Origin: Eledone cirrhosa | Lineage: Eukaryota | Length of the DNA: 64,000 bases | Direction: 5' to 3' | Assembly: GCA_964016885.1 (NCBI GenBank) | Contig: OZ024741.1 | Location: 95,356,001 to 95,420,000 of the forward strand | Shown: positions 40,371 to 54,234 of the stretch, piece after piece | Position numbering within the stretch: position 1 is the stretch's first letter | Layout: every line of letters starts with the position of its first letter | The notes under the pieces: generated by a model | Seen by the model: only the letters and a program-made list of their open reading frames with translations | The model's database searches: none | What the model was told of the DNA's origin: nothing | Made by a program: the position numbers and the translations under genes

Positions 40371-42215
40371 TGTATTAATAATAAAACAACAACATTTTCA
40401 CCACTTTTATGCACTCAGTAGGTCTAACCTTATCTGAGCTATTGAGAGAAGAATTAGTGATACTGCAAAAAGTCTTTAAAGATATTCTGGACATTCTTGA
40501 GTGACTAAGGATTGTCACAGTTGCCTGTGTTATAGAACATACTTTACTGTTTTCTAAGATCAGCTTTCACACAGATTTAGTTCAAATGTAATCAAATCTA
40601 ACTAGAATTGATGAAGACTGGATCATATGAATAGGCAACTTAACATTCCTCAGTTTTGCTTTTAGTTCAAAGGTAATTTAGTTTCCAGTGTTATTCGACC
40701 TGAACTTTAACTCTTTGGATACCAACCCACTTGAAACTGCTCCTGGTTTTATGACACAGTGCTGTTATTAATTTTATGATACATAACCTTCCATAATTTG
40801 ATTTAATTTTTTTTTTTTTTTGTTAAATATTATTCCAATCATCAAATTACTGATAAAAAAAAAGATGAGTTATTTTATTAAATTCCTCAAAATTTTAGAT
40901 TATTTTCAAAATTAATTGAAATAGATGAACAGTGAATTACACTAAAAATAGGGTTAAATAATAGCAATCTTCTCACTCCTCGAGATGTTTCTAATTTATC
41001 ATGAGGAGTGAGAAATGTTGCTATCATAATATATGTACAAACATGACAAAAATCAGAGCAGTGCTTTACCGATGAACTCAGGATGTAAAATCATCATTGA
41101 TTCATACAGAAAGCAGTGTAAATAACAATAGTAAAACAGAAGTGCATCACAGAACGGAATATTAAACTGGCAGGATATAGTCAAGCATTGTCTGACATTA
41201 TCTGACATGTTGGATATATGGTCAGACATTGTTGTGACTGAATTACTGGGCTGGCGAGTTCAAAGTGTTAATTATGTACCAACATGATTTGCGAATTTGA
41301 GTAGCAGTTAGAGGGTCTTTTTGCTACCAGTTTCTCTGGACAGAAGGCTCTATTTAATTCCTAATATCATGAACCACATGGAACTTCAATAGTAAGATAT
41401 TTTTGAACAGTGCAAAAGAATACTCTGACTGTATCACATTATAAGTTAAAGTCTTTAATTTAGTTTACTGTAAATTTTTACAGCAATTTGTCCACTAATA
41501 TAACTATTTGAATTAACACCTGATTTCAGATATTTTTTGCTAAAGCATTACAGCAGAGTTAAATTTGTCACCATATTATAACCACAGATGGATGGCCGAG
41601 TTGATAAATTATTTAAAAGAAAAAACCCTATTGTAGATTTATTTGTGGTCTAGATGTAAACAGGCACTATATAAGAGAGATATTCCCAATCTTTTCTGCT
41701 CTATTTTCCTTAAGGCAACCTTATGGTAGTAAATTTGCCACCACCCTGTTTTGTTCAATATATAGAGTTTACTTCTCTACCGTAATAGAGAAATGTGAAC
41801 AACTACTGATGAGATATTAGTACTAGGACCAAATATAGTCAATTAATGTGAACAACTAATGATGAACAGATATTGAACACATCAATGAGTGAAACTCATA
41901 CAGATTGTTAAGTCCAAATTTAAAAAAAAAAAAAAAAATTGTATTCTAATAAAATATTTATTCAATTATTTTAAAATTTATATTCTCTTTTTTTTTGTTA
42001 AATATGCAACATAACATGTTTTAATTTTGTTTATTGTATATAACACTGTTGTAAAATGTGACTAAAAGGTTTGATATCAGGAACTGGTCAAAAATTTCTG
42101 TCTCAATAAGTCACATCCAACCCATGCTGGCATGGATATGGTGGTAGTGGTGGTGGTGACTACAATTATTATGATAAAAAACTTTTGTTAAAAACATTCA
42201 CTCTTGTTACCAAGA

Positions 42216-42298
42216 TACTAATGATTCTGTGTTTTTTCTTTGATTTTCTTTAGGTAAGTGTTTCTCAGCTACCCTTTCATTTGCTGCTGGTGGTGAGT
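42216..42298 (+). promoter_or_regulatory. Candidate recursive splice site with 39-nt RS-exon
   Basis: TACTAAT branch point (42216-42222), AG-free pyrimidine-rich tract, TAG|GTAAGT (42251-42259), downstream GTG|GTGAGT (donor at 42293). Confidence 0.5.
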
Positions 42299-42405
42299 AT
42301 ACCATTACTGTACTGGTGGTTACCATTCCAATTGGTCACTCTCCCATATGTCGTTGTTGTCATTGCTGTTGATTTGAAGTAAATCAATAATTTATATATA
42401 TATAT

Positions 42406-42467
<62 letters not shown>

Positions 42468-42742
42468 ATGACCCATCCTACCTTTGTTAGTAAAGAAAGT
42501 GGATGTTAAATGATATATACATATACATGCACACACACACATATACACATATACATATATATATATAATTGTTTCTACTTTTGGCACAAGGCCAGCAATT
42601 GCCCAGTGTATTACTGGTACTTTATTTTATCGACCCCGTAATATATATATATATATAGACCCCCGTAATATATATATATACATATATAACGTGTGTATAT
42701 ATGTATATATATACATATGTATATATATATATATATATATAT

Positions 42743-43046
42743 GGAGGCACATGGCTTAGTGGTTAGAGCATTGGCCTTGCAATCGAAAGGTTGTGAGTTC
42801 AATTCTCAGACCAGGTGGTGTGTTGTTTCCTTGAGCAAGACACTTTATTTCACATTGCTCCAGTTTACTCAGCTGCAAAGTGGTCGTGGAGGTGCCACGG
42901 CAAAAAAGCACCCAGCACTCACTGTAAATGAGGTTGGTGTTAGGAAGGGCATCCAGCTGTAGAAATCAAGCCAGAATCAGTTCCCGTCCCACCCTTGCAA
43001 GCAGGGAAAAAGCGGACGTAAAATGAAATGATGATGATGATGATGA
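42743..43046 (+). mobile_element. tRNA SINE family A
   Basis: Matches 2159-2488. Confidence 0.9.
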
Positions 43047-43068
43047 TATGTTTGTATATATATATATA

Positions 43069-43171
<103 letters not shown>

Positions 43172-43189
43172 GTGTATATGTGTATATGG

Positions 43190-43771
43190 TAACATGTATC
43201 CCAGTACAACCTGTCTCATGGTCGGGTCGTTGGCGACTAAACTGGCAACCCCACCAAGGTTTCTTGGTGAGGAGGGTGACTTTGGACATCCTGCAGGACT
43301 AAAAACAAAACCTGTCAAAGGGCAAAGGAGCTCTTAAGAGTCAATGGCCATCCAAAATCACCGGGAGAGATGACCCCTTAGCCTTTGTCAAGGCAGAATT
43401 CTAGGAGAAGGAAAACTCTGATATAACACCTGCAACTCTGATGCTATCCAATGATGTTGACTTGTTCTTCTTTTTGGTAAATATCATCTTGGTTAAGAGA
43501 GTGAGACTGGCTTTGTGCAGTGCCTTTGCTCACTATAAAAGCTTCACGGCACAGGCATTGCTTTATATCTGGAGATCTCTCTGCACTTGTCGTCACATGG
43601 TACCATGGGCCCAGCACTATGTGTCAATAATTGTCACAAGTGTAGTGTTTGTACCAGAGTTTTCAAGTCGCTGGCTGGACTAAAAAGTCACACTCGTTCA
43701 GCGCATCGGTAGGGGTTCTCCTACATGGATATAAAGTAGTGGCCGTACTCGAAAACGAGTTGGCAGCCACC
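43190..43771 (+). mobile_element. GC-richer non-coding repeat, possibly derived from an RTE 5' UTR
   Basis: Contains CTAGGAGAAGGAAAACTCTGA, resembling RTE 5'-UTR motifs; flanked by TA/TG microsatellite; no ORF. Confidence 0.4.
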
Positions 43772-43782
43772 ATGTGTATATG

Positions 43783-43821
<39 letters not shown>

Positions 43822-43924
43822 GTTTATTAATCCTATATTAATTATCAATTACATTTGACTAATTATCATTCTAACAAATTCTTAAGATAAGATCTAACAT
43901 AAGAATTTTTATTTAGATATAAGG

Positions 43925-43974
43925 TCAAGCTATACTTCAAGCTATACTTCAAGCTATACTTCAAGCTATACTTC
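43925..43974. repeat. 12-bp tandem repeat (TCAAGCTATACT)x4
   Basis: Directly visible. Confidence 0.95.
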
Positions 43975-44227
43975 TGGTTGTTATTACTTTTGCTCCCTTC
44001 AAGTCAAGTCTGTTAAAAAAGAAAACCTACCTGGTTATATGAGCAACAGATGTAGACGAGTGCACCAACTACTTTGGAGCAGAGGATAAGATCAATGCAT
44101 CAAAGGTGATGTTTCCATGGATAGAATCTCGCTTCATTGAACTGCAAACTTAAATTGAACTTACAGCCCACAGTCTTGTGTTGTTACTATAATACTTGCT
44201 TTTTCATGTTATTATATTGAATTCATT

Positions 44228-44290
<63 letters not shown>

Positions 44291-44542
44291 GAAGTGGTGA
44301 ATTTCACCACTTCTAAAATACATAGCAAGGCTGTAAAAATGTTTATTTACATGAACATTTTGTATAACCCCAATCACACGCACACATATGTATATGAGTG
44401 TGTGTGTATGGCTAAGAAATTTTCTTCACAACCAGTCTTTAGTACCTTGAGCAAGTATCTTCTACTATGGGTTCTGGTTGACCAATGCTATGCAAGTACA
44501 TTTAATAGATCGAAATTGTAATTTCAATACAGTACAGTGATG

Positions 44543-44546
<4 letters not shown>

Positions 44547-44578
<32 letters not shown>

Positions 44579-45322
44579 AATTATTGTGTAAAGTGCTCAG
44601 GTGCACTACAACTCGTCAAAGGTGTATGTATAGTACATAGAATAATACACAAATGTCAGGGAAGTGAATAGTGCATGAGTCATGGTATACATGTGTGTAT
44701 GTGTATGGAAGGGGAACATTAGCTGTAGTGTTGGCGGATCTCGGGAAGCATGGAGGCCTTAAAGGATGCAGTGTCTCGACAGCTAACAACTGATGCAGGT
44801 AGTTTGTTCCATGCTTCAGCAACTCTGAGCGTGAAAAAATGTTTCCGAAAGTCATGGGAACTGTGCTGTTTTCTGACTTTGTGGGCATGTCCACGTGTGT
44901 TAGACACATGGAAATCAAAAAGGTACTCAGGGTTGTTGTTGGCAAGATGGTTAACAATTTTGTGGGTGTTTACCAAGTCAGTTGCCAGGCATCATAGTTT
45001 CAATGTATCCATGCCCAGGGAAGCAAGGCGCTCAGAATATGGTAGATGCTTGATAGAGGGTATTCGCTTGGTTGTACGTCTCTGAACAGTTTCCAGGCGG
45101 TCAATGTTCTGAGCAAGATAGGGGTTCCAGACTGGTGATGCAAATTCTAAGTGTGGCCGCACCATAGCCATGTACAGCCTTAAATAGATATCTGGAGAGC
45201 GGCTGACAAAGGTCTTGCTGAGTGATGCTAAGACACCCTCGGCCCTCTTGACAATTTTAGAGACGTGCTTCGTCCAACGCAAATCGCTGCTGACCGTAAT
45301 GCCCAGGTCACGTTCACAAGAA
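44547..45322 (-). mobile_element. CR1-group LINE 3' fragment
   Basis: ERDLGITVSSDLRW..LYMAMVRPHLEFASPVWNPY..LETVQRRTTK..YSERL..TRGH..FFTLRVAEAWNKLP; one internal stop; (TTA)n tail. Confidence 0.92.
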
Positions 45323-45332
45323 GATATATATA

Positions 45333-45805
45333 TCTTAACTATAATAAAGAAAGGAGTGTGGGACTGCGTCCAGAATATATATTTTTTACCCCGTTTGTAA
45401 AATAAGTTGGATTACTTTGAATAAATAATGAATTTCGTGGCTATTGATTAAATATATTTTATAGCTTATTTAAAGATTTTTCGTCTTTAAAATGTTCAAA
45501 TGTCAACACTTCCAGTTAACGGCCATTATATTATAACACATATAAAAATATTGCATATATTTCTGTAGCTAATTTTCTCCTAATACAGTTTATATATAAT
45601 ATCGTCTTTTTTTAAATGTATCATGGATTACTTTACTGATTACAGAAGACAGTGTAACATAGACTTCGTTCAATTTCTGTGTATATTGTCAATTACGATT
45701 TTATTTGATGTATCATATCTACATGCATATATATTTGTGTATAATATCAATATACACACTACACATGCTAGCAGAAAACCACCCGAAGGGTGGTTTTTCT
45801 GCTAG
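45333..45805 (+). mobile_element. Non-autonomous Helitron
   Basis: A|TCTTAACTATAATAAAG start; terminal hairpin CTAGCAGAAAACCACCC-gaa-GGGTGGTTTTTCTG-CTAG|T. Confidence 0.75.
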
Positions 45806-46591
45806 TTAGTTTAATGCTTGATGTAGTAAGGAAAGAGTCTTAACATTTCAGATGTAAGTCTTTCATTGGAAGATAGAATGAGAGATAAAAGAAGAAATAG
45901 AAAGATAGATAAATCTGTGTCTGTGTTTAGTTAGTCATGTTGGGAAAATGTTTGCTCTACATGACTGAATACAATAAATGTAATCTGAGTTTTTTGAATA
46001 TTAATTAATAATAATAATAATGACATGGCTCTAAAATTGAGGCTTGTTTGCATAATTGCAAACGAATCGAATGTTATTATTAATATTCGAAAAACTCAGA
46101 TTATATTTATTATATATATATATATATATAATAGAAGTGTGGGTATTTAAAATTGTGATCATGTCACAGCTACCACAGTAACCATGTACACACTGTAAAG
46201 GGGTTGACATTAAAAGAGACATCCAGATGTAGAAACTATACCAAAATAGACCATATGAGCAGGGCATAGTTCTCAGACCATCTAGTGTCAGAACATGACA
46301 TCATGTCCAACCTATGCTAGTATAGAAAATAGATAAATGGTTGTAAGACAATAATGATGATTCTAACTTTGGTCCAAAGGATACCAATTTTGGGTAGCAC
46401 GAGGAGGGTTTAAGAGAGTATGTATGTAGTTGACTTGAATCAACTCCAGTATTGAACTAATAATTATTTTATTGACCCTGGAAAGATGGTGGTAGACAGA
46501 TGTTGAACTCAGAATATATATAATAAATAACCACAATGCAATATGTCTGGCACTCTTCCATTTCTGCCACACTGGCTTTTTATGATATTAA

Positions 46592-47560
46592 TGAGCTCCT
46601 ATATGCTGATGACCTAGTCCTCATAGCGGAATCTGTGGGAGAGTTAGAAGCAAAATTTCAAGCATAGAAGAAGAACCTAGAACTGAGGGGACTAAAAGTA
46701 AATTTAGCAAAGACAGGTTTTAATAAGTAGAAAAGAAGACAGGAAGGGGGGTACCATCAGAAAAGTGGCTTGTTTGATATGTCATAAAGGGATGAGAAGA
46801 AATTCCATCAGGTGCACACAATGTAAATTATGGATGCACAAGAGATGTAGTAGGATTGCAAGTAGGCTAACGGAATAGATAGTCTTTATATGTGGCAGAT
46901 GTACAGGGGAAGTAAGCACAAAGAGCACACATGAAATAGATTTCATCAGCTGCCAGGGATCTCCATAGAAGTTGTTGACAGTTTTTGCTATGTAGGGAGG
47001 ATATGCTAAAAGTGTGAAGGCTAGGATAAGAACAGACTGGAAGAAGTTTAGAGATCTATTATGGTTACTAACAAAATGCTTTCCTCTCAGAGTGAAGTGT
47101 AGACTGTATGATGCCTGTGTGTGAACTGCAATGTTACATGGCAGTGAAACATAGGCCTTGACTGCAGAAGACCTGTGGAGGCTAGAAAGAAATGAGTCGA
47201 GTATGCTCCGATGGATGGGCAATGTTAGTGTGCATAAGCAACATAGTAGAAGCAAATTGAGGAAAAAGCTTGGCATATGAGGAATTGGATGTAGTGTGCA
47301 AGAGAGAAGACTGTGTTGATATGGTCATGTGATGAATATGAAAGATACAGTGGAAGAGATAGACCCAGGAAGACATGAGATGAGGTTGTGAAGGCTGACC
47401 TTAGTTGTATCAAAGACATGGAGCATTGACCTAAAACAAGACACAGACCCTTGTCCTGCCTGGGAGATCAGTTGCTCCGCTTCAGTACTGACTTAGTCTA
47501 TGTAGACCTGTCCAACCCTTTCTAGCAGGGAAAACGGACGTTAAGACAATGATGATGATA
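46592..47560 (+). mobile_element. Decayed RTE family A-related LINE
   Basis: ELLYADDLVLIAES, NSIRCTQCKLWMHKRCS, AMLHGSET with stops and frameshifts; (ATG)n tail. Confidence 0.88.
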
Positions 47561-47593
47561 TCATAATAATAATAGTATTACTATTACTATTCA

Positions 47594-48125
47594 GAAGCCA
47601 GGCAGTATCGGTAGAGGGTCGGACGCCATGCTTTACAGCAAAGAGTTACGGCCCTTTATGGTCTGAGTTCAAATCCCGCCGAGGTTAACTTTGCCTTTCA
47701 TCCTTACAGGGTCGATAAAATAAAGTACCAGTAATGTACTGGATAATTGCTGGCCTTGTGCCAAAAGTAGAAACAATTATTAGTAGTAGTAATAATGGCG
47801 GTGAGGCGGTGGATTGGCAGTATTGGTAGAGGGTCGGACGCCATGCTTTGACGCATAGAGTTACATCCCTTGCCATTCTGAGTTCAAATCCCGTTGAGGT
47901 TAACTTTACCTTTCATCCTTACGGGGTCGATAAAATAAAGTACCAGTAATACACTGGAATAATTGCTGGCCTTGTGTCAAAAGTAGAAACAATTATTATT
48001 AGTAGTTGTTCAAATCCCGCTGTGGTTAGCTTTGCCTTTCATCCTTATGGGGTCGATAAAATAAAGTACCAGTAATGTGCTGGGATAATTGCTGGCCTTG
48101 TGCCAAAAGTAGAAGCAATTATTAT
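47594..48125 (+). mobile_element. Three tandem SINE family B copies
   Basis: Units end ..GGCCTTGTG(C/T)CAAAAGTAGAA(A/G)CAATTATT at ~47780, ~48000 and ~48125. Confidence 0.9.
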
Positions 48126-49323
48126 TATTAGAAGTATTAGTAGTAGTAGTAGTGGTAGTAGTAGTAGTAGTAGTAGTAGCAGCAGCAGCAGCAGTCTTTT
48201 TAAATTCCCAAATGAAATAATTTAGCCATTTTAATCTATATTATTGGACATTTTATGTTAAGTTTTAAAATATAATTATTAGCAAGAGAAGACTTGGGAG
48301 AAAAGACATTTAAATCTTATTGAAAATAGTAATAATAATAATATAAATTTCTGTACACATGCCTTCAATGAAATATCACTTTGGTTGGTGTCTAATTTAC
48401 TTACTTTTCATTATAGAATTTTCTTTTTCTGTCGATTATTTTTTTTTTTGTTCATTTATTTATTTAATCTATTTATTTACTTTGGCATATTTTTCACCTC
48501 TAATACTTGCCAGAAATTGCTTCCAACCAGTATATATATTTTGCTTTTGCACAAAGCAAACAAAAAAAAAAAAAATCTTCTATGTCCCCTGTCTGTAATT
48601 CCTTACATTTTAAATTGAATCAATTCAACTGTATTTTTCCAATTCTTGGCTTGGAGTTGGAATTTCTACCATTTCCAATCAACTGAAATAATACCAAGTT
48701 CTATTTTCTTTTTTTCTTAGCTCTTTATTTTAGGTAACTAGTTAGTACCAAACCAAAATATCATTATAGCTACTATTGCTTGAACAGTTACATAAGACAG
48801 TTATGATCATATATATCTCCAAATTTATTTTATATCTATTTCTCTGTCGGTCAGTCTCATTGCTGGTTTATCTTTTTTTATTTTCCTCCCATTCTTTATC
48901 GCTCCTTCATAACTACATTTCTTTGTTTCTCTTTTCATTATTCCTAACTGCCATTCTTTTTCACCTCTTTCCTTCTCACCGTTCTATCCTCTCTCTCACT
49001 CCCATCTCTCTCTCACACCCATTTCCTTCTCTCTCTCTCTCTCTCTTTTTTTTTGTACACTCCATTCTTCGTTTAAAAACCAACCCTAAAAATAACAAGA
49101 AAAAAAGTGCAATAAAAAGAGGAAATCAAATAGAAAAGGAGAAATTCGGACAGATATTGCATCAAATAATTATATATATGTATATGTGTGTATGTGCATG
49201 TATGTATGTATGTATGTATGTATGTATGTATGTATGTATGTATGTATGTATGTATGTATGTATGTATGTATGTATGTATGTATGTATGTGTGTGTGTGTG
49301 TGGGGGGGGGGTGTATGTATGTA

Positions 49324-49356
<33 letters not shown>

Positions 49357-49531
49357 ATATATATATATATTGTCCTGGAATTTTCTTTTGTTGGGATTTT
49401 ATTTTTCTTATAGCTGATCATCACCGGAAATGAAAGGCTTTTATTAGCACATGAATGACTTGTGTTTTGTTGACTGGTGGGAAGTCATGGGGTGGAGAAG
49501 AATGCCAGAATTGTTAAAAAAAAAGACAAAC

Positions 49532-49562
<31 letters not shown>

Positions 49563-50366
49563 CAAATAAAACGAATTGATTTGGTCCTTACTTTATTTTG
49601 ATTTGATTGAATAGTTTTAATTTTTTCTTTCTTTTCCATCATTGCCATCACCACCACAACTACTACCATCATCATCATCATTATCATTATCGTAATCACC
49701 ACCACCACCACTATCATTGGTATTGCCATCACCAACATCATTATCATCATTGTCATACCACATCATCATCATCACATTCATCATTATCACAACTGATACT
49801 CACACAGACATGCATTCATTTATGTATATGTGTATACATTCACTCACACAAGTACACACATACACACACAAGAAAGAGAGTAGGTATGTATTTTCAAGGA
49901 ATTCTATTTATTTATTTTATTTTGTTTAAAAAGTATAGAGTCAATGACCAAGATCATTGATATTCTTTTGCTGACATTTCTTTGTGTCTACAACAGAAAA
50001 TGGTGTTCTTTGGTAAGGAATTCCAAACTTTTGCTGGGTCACTAAGAAAGAAAGTTTGATATTAAAGAGCTTTTCTACCTTCTTTGCATGGTCAGAATGA
50101 AACATAGGGCTTCTATACTCAGTATGTATTCACTAAAGTGCATCACAGGGTTAAGCCCCATCTATTGCCATCGCTTGTATTTATTTTCAACTGGGTTGAC
50201 TGAAGTAGCGTGAAATGAAATGTTTTTTTGCAAGAACACAACACATCATCCATTGCAGGAAGTGAATCTATGGCATTGCAATTGTGAGCCCAAAGCCCTA
50301 ACCACTAGGCTGTATTCCATCACCATATTTTTTTATGTATTCACTAGGGACATATATTCAAATATA

Positions 50367-50443
50367 CAGGGTGTCCCCCCCAAAATATATGCACATATTG
50401 AAATGCTATTGAAGTGTGTATACATTTTGGGGGGGACACCCTG
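50367..50443. mobile_element. 77-bp Tc1/mariner-type mini-MITE
   Basis: TA|CAGGGTGTCCCCCCCAAAATATATGCACA ... TGTGTATACATTTTGGGGGGGACACCCTG|TA. Confidence 0.88.
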
Positions 50444-50722
50444 TATATTCATTATGTGTACACAGGCATGGCTGAATGGTTAAGATGTTTGTTTTGCAAT
50501 CACAAGGTGCTAGGTTCAATCCCAGTGTATGCTAATGTTGAGCAAGTGTCTGTATAACTTTGGGTTGACCTCAGTCTTATCAATGAAATTAGGTAGGTGG
50601 AAACTGTATGGATCCTGTCAGATGGATTGTACCTGAACTCAAAGTTCCAACCTGGTCACGTATTGTGTCCTGCTTATTCAGCTTTAGAATTTATGTAAAA
50701 GATACAATCACTTACGTGTTAA

Positions 50723-50943
50723 CCCTTTAGCATTTACATTACTCTATATTTACTATCATATTTTCATGATAAAGGCTTTATCTTACATAATTATCTCACA
50801 TAATATCGAATCTATGAGATTTTGATGTTATTGATTTTGAGAACACTACTTTAACATCAGTATGAGTAGCAAGTTACAGCCAGTTTGAACAGAAAGAAGT
50901 GAGAAAATTCTGGCCGGATATGGCCAGTTCAAATGCTAAATGA
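50723..50943. mobile_element. piggyBac-type MITE family 1
   Basis: TTAA TSD; right TIR degenerate. Confidence 0.82.
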
Positions 50944-52034
50944 TTAATTCAAGAATTGAACACTCAGTTGACTAAGCAACAGAATGCCTTGGGTGTCTTT
51001 AGCAAAGTCCACTCTGTTTCAAACATTTGGGCTAGCTCTGATTTGAGGATACTTTTTTCCTTCCATTTCTCCCATCATTCTCTGAATGAGGCCTTGAAAA
51101 GGGTCATAGGCATGGCATTGACTCTTTCCTACCTGACTAGACAGAGAAAATATCTTAAGTCTAGTATTTATTATTTCATTTATTTATTTATAAATCCTTT
51201 GTGCCAGTGTTTCTTCTTACAACAATTAAATTAGGACTTGACTGAGAACTTCTTTTTCATGATAGCCAACATTGAGACCTGCTGTCATTGGTCTCTGAAC
51301 TGCCATTTTCCTCCACAGAATTAGAAGTAGTGCATCTAGCCTGAGGAAGGAGTCCCAGCAGACAAAGTGACTGTTGCAGTGGGTGTTGCTGGCTTTTCAC
51401 TGCAGCAGTGCCATTGCCATTCTGTCCACAGAGTGCAGTTGAAATATACTGCCTAGACTGGGGTGTAGAATCTGCTACTCCCTTCCCTTTCTTTCCCCTT
51501 ACTTTCGCTATTAAGTATTTTTTCCTTTTTTTCTTTCTTTTTGTCTCACTCCTCCCGCAATATGCAAATGTTGATGAATTGTTAATTTCTTTTATTTTAA
51601 AATAAAGTTTAACTTGAACATGATGGTACATTGTTATGTCTGTCTACCTGACTGGAACCCAAAAGGAAATCTTCTTTGTCTTCTGCTTCTCTTTATCTCA
51701 CAGTGAAGTGAAATTTTAAAGCTGACGCCAGATGGACTGCATAATTTTTCCAAGTTCTCTCCGTAAAGCTGCTTCAATTGCATACTACATAGTTGACAGT
51801 TTTAAATATAGACCAGTGTGAGATTTGTTTTCGGCTGACTCACATCTCTCTCTATATTAACATGCCTTTGATAATTGTTATTATTCCTTTTTTTTTCTCT
51901 TTTACCTTCTTTAGTTTTTAATTGTTGCTATTTGTGAATGTACATGTTTTTAGGTCTTCATTTGTTTTTTTGTTTTTCATAGGAAGAAATTGTATGAATA
52001 CCTTATTAAAGTTTAACATTTTTTCTGATAATGA

Positions 52035-52245
52035 TTTCAAATTTAGGCACAAGGCAGCAATTTGTGGGGAGGGGAAAGTTATTAATATTGACCACAGTAC
52101 TTAACTGGTACTTTATTTTATTGACACCCGGAAGGATAAAAAGCAAAGTTGACTTTGACAAGATTTGAACTCAGTGTGCAGAAAGTCATAACTAAACACT
52201 GCAAAGAATTTTGTCTAATCCTCTACCGATTCTATCAATCTACTA
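52035..52245 (-). mobile_element. SINE family B
   Basis: GGCACAAGGCAGCAATT..CTGGTACTTTATTT..GATTTGAACTCAG. Confidence 0.78.
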
Positions 52246-54234
52246 GTCATTTTTTTTCTCATAATAAGATTTGGAAAAGTCAGAAAGAAAACTTCAGTAA
52301 AAACATGTCTAACTTAAGGTTTTAAAAATAATTTTTGCTGTGTAAATTTTATAAAATAAATATAAGTAGATTCTTTCCTCTTTTTAAAAAGGGGTTTCAG
52401 TATTGAAATTGGTATGGATAAATTGGTGTTATACAGTGGCTGGTGGCAAGAATTGTAGGGGAACCCCCTCCCCCTATGCTTCTGGAGTATCAGGGTAATC
52501 TGGGGTATGTGTTTGCCTCCTCCCCCCTCCCATCTCCAGTTTGGTGGTCTTTTCTTGTTCTTTTGTTGTACTATAATGTTATTACTTTTTTTTTTATTGT
52601 TATCTATTTATTTTTTTCTTTTGAAGTTATAAACTTTATTTAAGAATAAAAGACAGAATATCACAATTTATCAATGTTTGCATATTAAAGAAACAACATC
52701 AAATAACAGGATTTAGGGAAAGGGTGAGGAAGTGGCAAATTTTACATCCCAGTCTAGATGGTATATATCAGCTGCACCCCATGAACAAAAAGGCGAAGGT
52801 ATTGCTGGAGAGACCAGCCAATGCACCAACCACACTCTGCAGGATGCACTCCTCCTGATTTTGCAGAGGAAAACAACAGTTTGGAGACTAAAGACCCCAG
52901 AGGTCACAACTACTGGGAAAAGAAAGGAGTCAGTTACCCTATTTCCAATGAAAGATCTGACTATGAGTTTGAAATAATTGTGAAAATAATCAAGAAGTTT
53001 GAGGGATTTAGTAAAATAACAACTAACTTTCTCAAAGGTTCTTACATACAGTTATGATTAATGGTTTTTCTCTCTCTCTCTCCTCTCACCCCATCCTCAT
53101 ATCTGAGTGTCGAGGGTCATGGACTCATGGACCAGCACTTTCCATCTTTTCCTGTCTCTTGCCATTGCCGTACATTCCGCCAAACTCCTTCCTGTCCATC
53201 CCTTAATATCATCTATCATCTCTTTTTCTGCCATCCTCTGATTATTTTCCCCTGCACTGATTCATCCCTTAAGGATGTGGGTAGTCAAATTTTGGACCCT
53301 GATGACATGACCAAAATACTGAAGTTTCTTTTTCCTTACTGTTTCAACCAACTGTTGATTGGCACCAATCTCTTTTAGGACAGATTCATTTGTTCTGTGA
53401 GCTGTCTAGCTAATTCTAAGTGCACATCTATAGCATGATGTTTTTTTATATAAATATAAATACTTTAAAACAAGCAGTTTTATACCATAGAACCAGGAAC
53501 AGTTTCAGGTGGTTTGATATCAATTTAATGTGTCTTTACCATTGATCTAATTATTGATATTTTGAAAAAGGAGAGGGTCAATTACCTAACGTCTCTGAGT
53601 AGTTGAATTTGACTGCTATTTCTAGAAAGTCAAGCAGCCACATAGAGCAGTGGTTCCTAACCTATGGGCTATAGCATAATTCTGAAAAGAGTCTCAGAAA
53701 AATTTTTCCCGTTTGATATATTTGGTAACAAGTAAAATGTTCACAAATGTAATATACAATACAGGCATAAGAGCCACAACATAACATTTACTGTAAACAT
53801 AAATGGAAGAATATTTTTTCTCTAAGAAAATGATAAAATGTTAATTTTATTAAATTTTTTGGAAAATTATTTTTCTTTTTTAGATATTTTTTTTTAAAAG
53901 AGGGGCTTGTGAAGGATTATTGATTTGTGAAAAAACTCTCCTTGCACAGACAAATATATGTGAATTGGAAAGAGAGGAAGAGTGGTGTGGGTAATTTAGC
54001 TTTTGGTTATCAATGTTTACTTTTCTTGAACAAACTGAATCTAATGATACATCTGTGTGTTAAGTGCCACAGAACAGAGGTATGCTTTTGGTCAAATAGT
54101 CTGGGATCCTGTGAATACTTGGCTGACTGAATGCTTATTGATTTTGTTTGAGTAAGCACAACACTGAATTTCTGGTGAAGAGGAGAGGAGACAGAGAGGG
54201 GATTACATCTAATGTCTTAGTATATTACTGGTAT

